This document shows positions 59,964-64,000 of a DNA stretch of 64,000 nucleotides, one piece after another (positions within the stretch are counted from its first letter, which is position 1; every line of letters begins with the position of its first letter). Below the pieces are notes generated by a model. It saw only the letters and a program-made list of their open reading frames with translations, was not told the origin of the DNA and searched no databases. Where the stretch lies: the NCBI GenBank assembly GCA_965205015.1, contig OZ242029.1, positions 5,248,001-5,312,000 on the forward strand. Direction: 5' to 3'. Source of the DNA: Candidatus Poribacteria bacterium. Lineage in GTDB: Bacteria > Poribacteria > WGA-4E > WGA-3G. Position numbers and translations under genes: made by a program.

Positions 59964-60464
59964 ATGGCCCGAAAATGTGAAAAAAAACTCGCGATCACCT
60001 GCGGCCTCAGTGTCATACTGCTCCTCTCGTTATTGTTGATACATACGCTTACTGCAGCACGACATGGTAGGACAGACATGGACAACACACCGCTAAGCGA
60101 ACTGGACAAATCTCCTGATAAACGTATACAGACACCCGCGGCCTTACAAATTCCCATCGGTTTTCAAGACTCGGATTTTTATCGCACGATCGTTGACAAT
60201 AACCTCTTCCGACCCCTCGGCTGGAGACCTCCACGCACACGAACTGCTTATCGTTTGCTTGGAACGATCCTCCCCACAGAGAAAAGAACAGAGGCGCAAG
60301 CGATCCTCCAATCCACTACGGGTGACAAAATACACATTGTTACATTTGGTGATACACTTGACTCGGAGACCACTGTCACCGACATCCAACTGAAGCAAGT
60401 AACACTAGAAGCCTCCGGACAGCAGAAAATCCTTCATCTTAACGCTGTTCCTTGGATAAAATGA
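59964..60464 (+). CDS. GspC/PilP-like (type II secretion C-like) membrane-anchored protein
   Basis: N-terminal TM helix, NLFRPLG, YRLLGTI...AIL...GDTL...VTDIQLKQVTL...LHL pattern. Confidence 0.6.
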   Translation: MARKCEKKLAITCGLSVILLLSLLLIHTLTAARHGRTDMDNTPLSELDKSPDKRIQTPAALQIPIGFQDSDFYRTIVDNNLFRPLGWRPPRTRTAYRLLGTILPTEKRTEAQAILQSTTGDKIHIVTFGDTLDSETTVTDIQLKQVTLEASGQQKILHLNAVPWIK

Positions 60465-60479
60465 ACGGAGACCACTTCA

Positions 60480-61061
60480 TTGCAGGATTTTGACGAAAAA
60501 CACCTTATCACACGCGCACAACACGGCGACACCGATGCTTTTAATCCACTAGTGCGAGAATACCAACCCCGTATCTACACCTATATCGCAAGATACATCA
60601 AAAACCATGACACCACAAAGGACTTATGCCAAGAAACATGGCTGAAGGCGTTTCGCGCTATTAACACCTTCCGCGGCGACTCCGCCTTCTCTTCCTGGAT
60701 CTATCGCATCGCCGAAAACGTCTGTATCGATTTCCTCCGAAAACAGAAAACAACCACCACCATTGATTCCCTCCACGCTATAGACGAACGTCGGCTTCTT
60801 TGTGCACACCCCGATCCGTGCGATTTGCTCCAACAGCAAGAACTCCGGCAATACCTTCATGAGGCAATCGCAACACTCACACCACCCCGCAAACGCGTGT
60901 TTCTCTTATACTACATCGAAGAGCTCTCTATCAAGGCCATCGCTATACGCATCGGACGCAGCGAAGGCACCGTAAAAACACACCTCCGCAACGCACGCCT
61001 ACAACTCCAAGAACATCTCACGCCTTACGTGAAAAATGAAAACATTCCTTGGCTGCAGTGA
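60480..61061 (+). CDS. ECF RNA polymerase sigma factor
   Basis: AQHGDTDAF, DLCQETWLKA, FSSWIYRIAENVCID, IAIRIGRSEGTVKTHLRNAR. Confidence 0.92.
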   Translation: MQDFDEKHLITRAQHGDTDAFNPLVREYQPRIYTYIARYIKNHDTTKDLCQETWLKAFRAINTFRGDSAFSSWIYRIAENVCIDFLRKQKTTTTIDSLHAIDERRLLCAHPDPCDLLQQQELRQYLHEAIATLTPPRKRVFLLYYIEELSIKAIAIRIGRSEGTVKTHLRNARLQLQEHLTPYVKNENIPWLQ

Positions 61062-61090
61062 TGTCCTCGGCACTTATTCTATGTTATGTT

Positions 61091-61181
61091 TAGGACTTAC
61101 GCAATTCCCTTGTAGGCGCGGTTTGAAACCGCGCCTACCGCGGAGTAATAGGTGTAATTCCGTGATTTTGCGTAAGTCTTA
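61091..61181. repeat. MITE-like element with GGACTTACGCA termini enclosing a GTAG REP hairpin
   Basis: TAGGACTTACGCAA...GTAGGCGCGGTTTGAAACCGCGCCTAC...TTGCGTAAGTCTTA; a shorter relative lies at 50769-50807. Confidence 0.65.
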
Positions 61182-61245
61182 ATATTATTGCAGTCGTAAG
61201 CACCAGAACGGACAAACGGAGTAACTGTCGGGATTTCGGATGGTT

Positions 61246-63084
61246 TTATTTTAAAAGACGAAGAGTTTCCTCCACCTTGGTTTTTAGGGCGTTATCGTTT
61301 TCCTGTTTCGCGAGTTTTAAGGCAGTTTGAAGATCTGTTTTTGCTTCCAAAACATTGCCTATCTCAACCTTTGCACGTCCGCGTTTATAGTAAGGCGTGG
61401 CGTAGTTGGGTTTTAGATCGACAACTGTATCATAGTCTTCAATAGCTCCCTTGTTGTTTCCTACATTTGATTTCGCATCCCCTCTGATTTCATAGGCTTC
61501 TGCAAGGTCTGGATCAAGACTAAGTGCTGTATTACAGTCTTCAATGGCGCCTTGAGCATCGTTTATATCTAACTTCGCGAAGGCTCGCTTACTATAGACG
61601 TAGGCCGTGAAAGGAACATTCTTTGAATTAAGATGGATTGCTTCATCATAATCTTTGATGGCATCTATAACATCACTTAAATTAGACTTTGCAAGTCCCC
61701 GATTGAGATAGGCAATGGCAAGAATAGTCTGGTTTGGTTTTAGGCGGATAGCTTCATTGTAATCTTCAATGGCACTTTTAATGCTCCCTAAGTTGGACTT
61801 TGCAAGTCCCCGATTGAGATAGGCAGTGGCAAGAATAGTCTGGTTTGGTTTTAGATGGATGGTTTCACTATAATCTTTGATGGCACCTTTACGATCACCT
61901 AAAGCCAACTTTACATCCGCTCTTTTGAAATATATAATGGCAAGAATAGTCTGGTTTGGTTTTAGACGGATGGCTTCATCATAGTCTGCAATCGCCGTTC
62001 CATAGTTTGCTATATCCAACCTTGCATTCCCGCGGTTAAAGTAGGCTTCAACATTTTCCGCGTCAAGATTAATGGATATATTATAGTCTGTGATGGCACC
62101 TTTATAATCGCCTAATTTCTTTTTTGTGGCACCTCGATTGAGATAGACAGCTGCATAGTCTAATCCTGAGCGAATGGCAGTATCATAGTCTGCAACCGCC
62201 CCTTTATAGTTGCCTAAATTATGCTTCGCAATTGCCCTATCAGCATAGATGTCTACAAAGTCTGGGCTTAAGTGAATGGCTTTATTATATGCTTCAATTG
62301 CTCCCTCAAAATCCTTCATTTTTTTCTTAGTATCGCCTTGATTGGCATAGGCATAGGCACGTATTGGCAGTTCCTCTTTCCATTTTTCGAGAGGTTTCTC
62401 TTGGGTAGGTAGGTCATTAAGCAGGGACCGGATATGGTTTGATGGAATAGCGTACCCTGTACGATTTGTACGGTGACCTTGTGTGGAAATACCTACTATT
62501 TCTCCCTTATCGTTCAGAATAGGCCCGCCACTATACCCCGGACTAAGGGAAATTTTCAAGCGGAAAAAATTAGGAGTGATTCGATTTACCCTGCCTGTTG
62601 AGGTTATCCCTTGTGAGTTCCTAGCGTTACCGATAGCGATAACCACATCGCCAAGTTCTACTGCGCTACTATCCCCAAGTGGGAGGACTCGTCCTCCTTT
62701 ACCTGCAACCTTTAAAACAACTATATCGCGCTTTGGATTGCTTGCCATAACTCCTTTGATAGTATATTGCGTCGGTTGATTAACCAAGTTTGCGGTCCAA
62801 CTGTAAGACTTTCCATAAATGCCAGCGATACCATGGATGCTAGTTACCATCAAATCATGCCTGATAAGAAACCCACTACCGTGGGTACTCGTACCGTCGG
62901 CCCCGTGACGAGTCAACCGAATCGTGGAGGTTTTTCCGATTTGAGCAGCTTGCTGCTCAAGATTTGCGTGTATGGTTGGTTTTGGAATTTGTTCGGTTTC
63001 CTGCTTGGTACTCAAAGCACAGCAAAGAAAAAAGCAAAGTGAAAGGCATTTCACCAATATCGATCCTTTTTTCGCAAATTGCAT
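61246..63084 (-). CDS. Secreted trypsin-like serine protease with C-terminal TPR array
   Basis: Signal peptide; GSGF, TSIH, DIVVL, PGYSGGP (His/Asp/Ser triad); about ten YxNRG...AIxDY repeats. Confidence 0.88.
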   Translation of the reverse strand: MQFAKKGSILVKCLSLCFFLCCALSTKQETEQIPKPTIHANLEQQAAQIGKTSTIRLTRHGADGTSTHGSGFLIRHDLMVTSIHGIAGIYGKSYSWTANLVNQPTQYTIKGVMASNPKRDIVVLKVAGKGGRVLPLGDSSAVELGDVVIAIGNARNSQGITSTGRVNRITPNFFRLKISLSPGYSGGPILNDKGEIVGISTQGHRTNRTGYAIPSNHIRSLLNDLPTQEKPLEKWKEELPIRAYAYANQGDTKKKMKDFEGAIEAYNKAIHLSPDFVDIYADRAIAKHNLGNYKGAVADYDTAIRSGLDYAAVYLNRGATKKKLGDYKGAITDYNISINLDAENVEAYFNRGNARLDIANYGTAIADYDEAIRLKPNQTILAIIYFKRADVKLALGDRKGAIKDYSETIHLKPNQTILATAYLNRGLAKSNLGSIKSAIEDYNEAIRLKPNQTILAIAYLNRGLAKSNLSDVIDAIKDYDEAIHLNSKNVPFTAYVYSKRAFAKLDINDAQGAIEDCNTALSLDPDLAEAYEIRGDAKSNVGNNKGAIEDYDTVVDLKPNYATPYYKRGRAKVEIGNVLEAKTDLQTALKLAKQENDNALKTKVEETLRLLK

Positions 63085-63364
63085 CTAAATCTCTCCTTTC
63101 AGTGTGAGCTCAAATAGTGAATTGGTTCCTCTTTGCCAATACTTTCGCGAAAAAATAGTTGAATAAATAGGACAAGTATCTTAAAGTTATGGATGGGGAA
63201 AAACTATAACTTTGAAAGGAGACTTGCCCATATCGGAGATTCTAACACTTTTTGATGATATTTTTCTTCCATAAATCGCTGAACACTTGGCAACGATTGG
63301 GGCAGTCCATTAACTACCTTTTCAAAACGATACTTCATAATTTGACGAAAGTATTGTTTTGTAA

Positions 63365-63392
63365 AGAGCGTGGAATTTCGTAAAAAGGTTCA
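63365..63392 (-). promoter_or_regulatory. ECF-sigma-type promoter upstream of the protease-TPR gene
   Basis: Minus strand TGAACCTTTTTACGAAATTCCACGCTCT has the same spacing as the 52428 motif. Confidence 0.45.
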
Positions 63393-63725
63393 GAAAAAAC
63401 GCTGGGATTTTTACTCGGAATAGGCGGCATTTTCTGTGTTTTTCAGACTCATCTGTATGTTTTCCTCTGCTGGCGGTTAAGTGTTTTCAGTTTTTTCTTT
63501 TTTAATTTGCGCCCCTGATATTCCGCATACACCTGTCGAGCAGGCTTCCGGGGTGGTAACTTGGATATCGTATCAACTAAGATCAATATTTCTACAGCCA
63601 AGACAGTCCTTAAAGGAAAACAGACCAGTGATTGACAAGTCTGTAAATCTTATAAGTGCATAAGCCTGCACCAAACCCTATAATCCGCAGAGGCTAAATC
63701 TTATTCTTCATAAGATACCATGAAA

Positions 63726-63998
63726 TTACTGAATCTTAAAACGGTTCCAAATTTGTGTTAATTCCTCTGGGAGCTCACCACGCTTCATTCTAATTTGGAA
63801 GTGCACACTTGCGAGATACGATCGCCCTTCCCGCTTGTCAACACCCGCGATGGGTTTCGCTACGATTTGCATATCTTCTGAGAGCTCTAATGTAAAATTC
63901 AACGCGACGAAGTCGGGCAGCCATGCCGTTAAAATCTGGCGAACCTTTTGTGCAATAGGAGATATCTCAGATTGTAAGTCAGTATCTCCATTGAGGAC
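63726..63998 (-). CDS. 3' end of a gene running off the window edge
   Basis: Open 90-codon frame ...VLNGDTDLQSEISPIAQKVRQIL...EELTQIWNRFKIQ*. Confidence 0.5.
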   Translation of the reverse strand, partial: VLNGDTDLQSEISPIAQKVRQILTAWLPDFVALNFTLELSEDMQIVAKPIAGVDKREGRSYLASVHFQIRMKRGELPEELTQIWNRFKIQ

Positions 63999-64000
63999 GA

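Noticed and set aside
61690-62000. Regularly spaced ~27-nt direct repeats resembling a CRISPR array
   Set aside because: The period is 111 nt, in frame within a TPR coding region; the spacers are homologous to each other and no cas genes are present
63100-63720. Possible genes between the protease-TPR gene and the edge CDS
   Set aside because: Only short interrupted frames (for example a 44-codon MKYRFEK... frame) without recognisable motifs; not supportable

Overview
Bacterial chromosome window, most likely from Candidatus Poribacteria (sponge symbiont). This is an inference from four PhyH dioxygenases, two LamG proteins ending in a TWGRLK motif, BMC genes, a sulfatase, a CRTAC1/ASPIC protein and dense REP-like palindromes. 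Bases 1-51,900 carry housekeeping and metabolic genes: a UvrD/PcrA with an inserted DEDDh exonuclease, ligA, a BMC shell protein with an aldehyde dehydrogenase, a divergent citrate-synthase-fold gene before icd, mutS, mtaB, fabV, dnaK and mdh. These are interleaved with toxin-antitoxin and ATPase-nuclease modules, some inactivated. After a broken IS4 element, an AT-richer accessory island (about 52.0-63.4 kb) holds the best candidate for an undescribed system. Two ECF sigma genes bracket two paralogous Sec-type secreted peptides with an Asn/Ser sequon tract and a C-terminal CxCGC-x5/6-CxC tail, an STT3/AglB-like oligosaccharyltransferase with an altered WWDYG motif (HWSYG), a CDP-alcohol phosphatidyltransferase, a His/Met-rich outer-membrane beta-barrel and a GspC-like protein. 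A convergent trypsin-TPR protease shares an ECF-type promoter motif with the first sigma gene. The working hypothesis is a dedicated peptide-glycosylation (glyco-RiPP-like) and/or metal-binding peptide export system. All family calls come from reading motifs by eye; no database searches were run.
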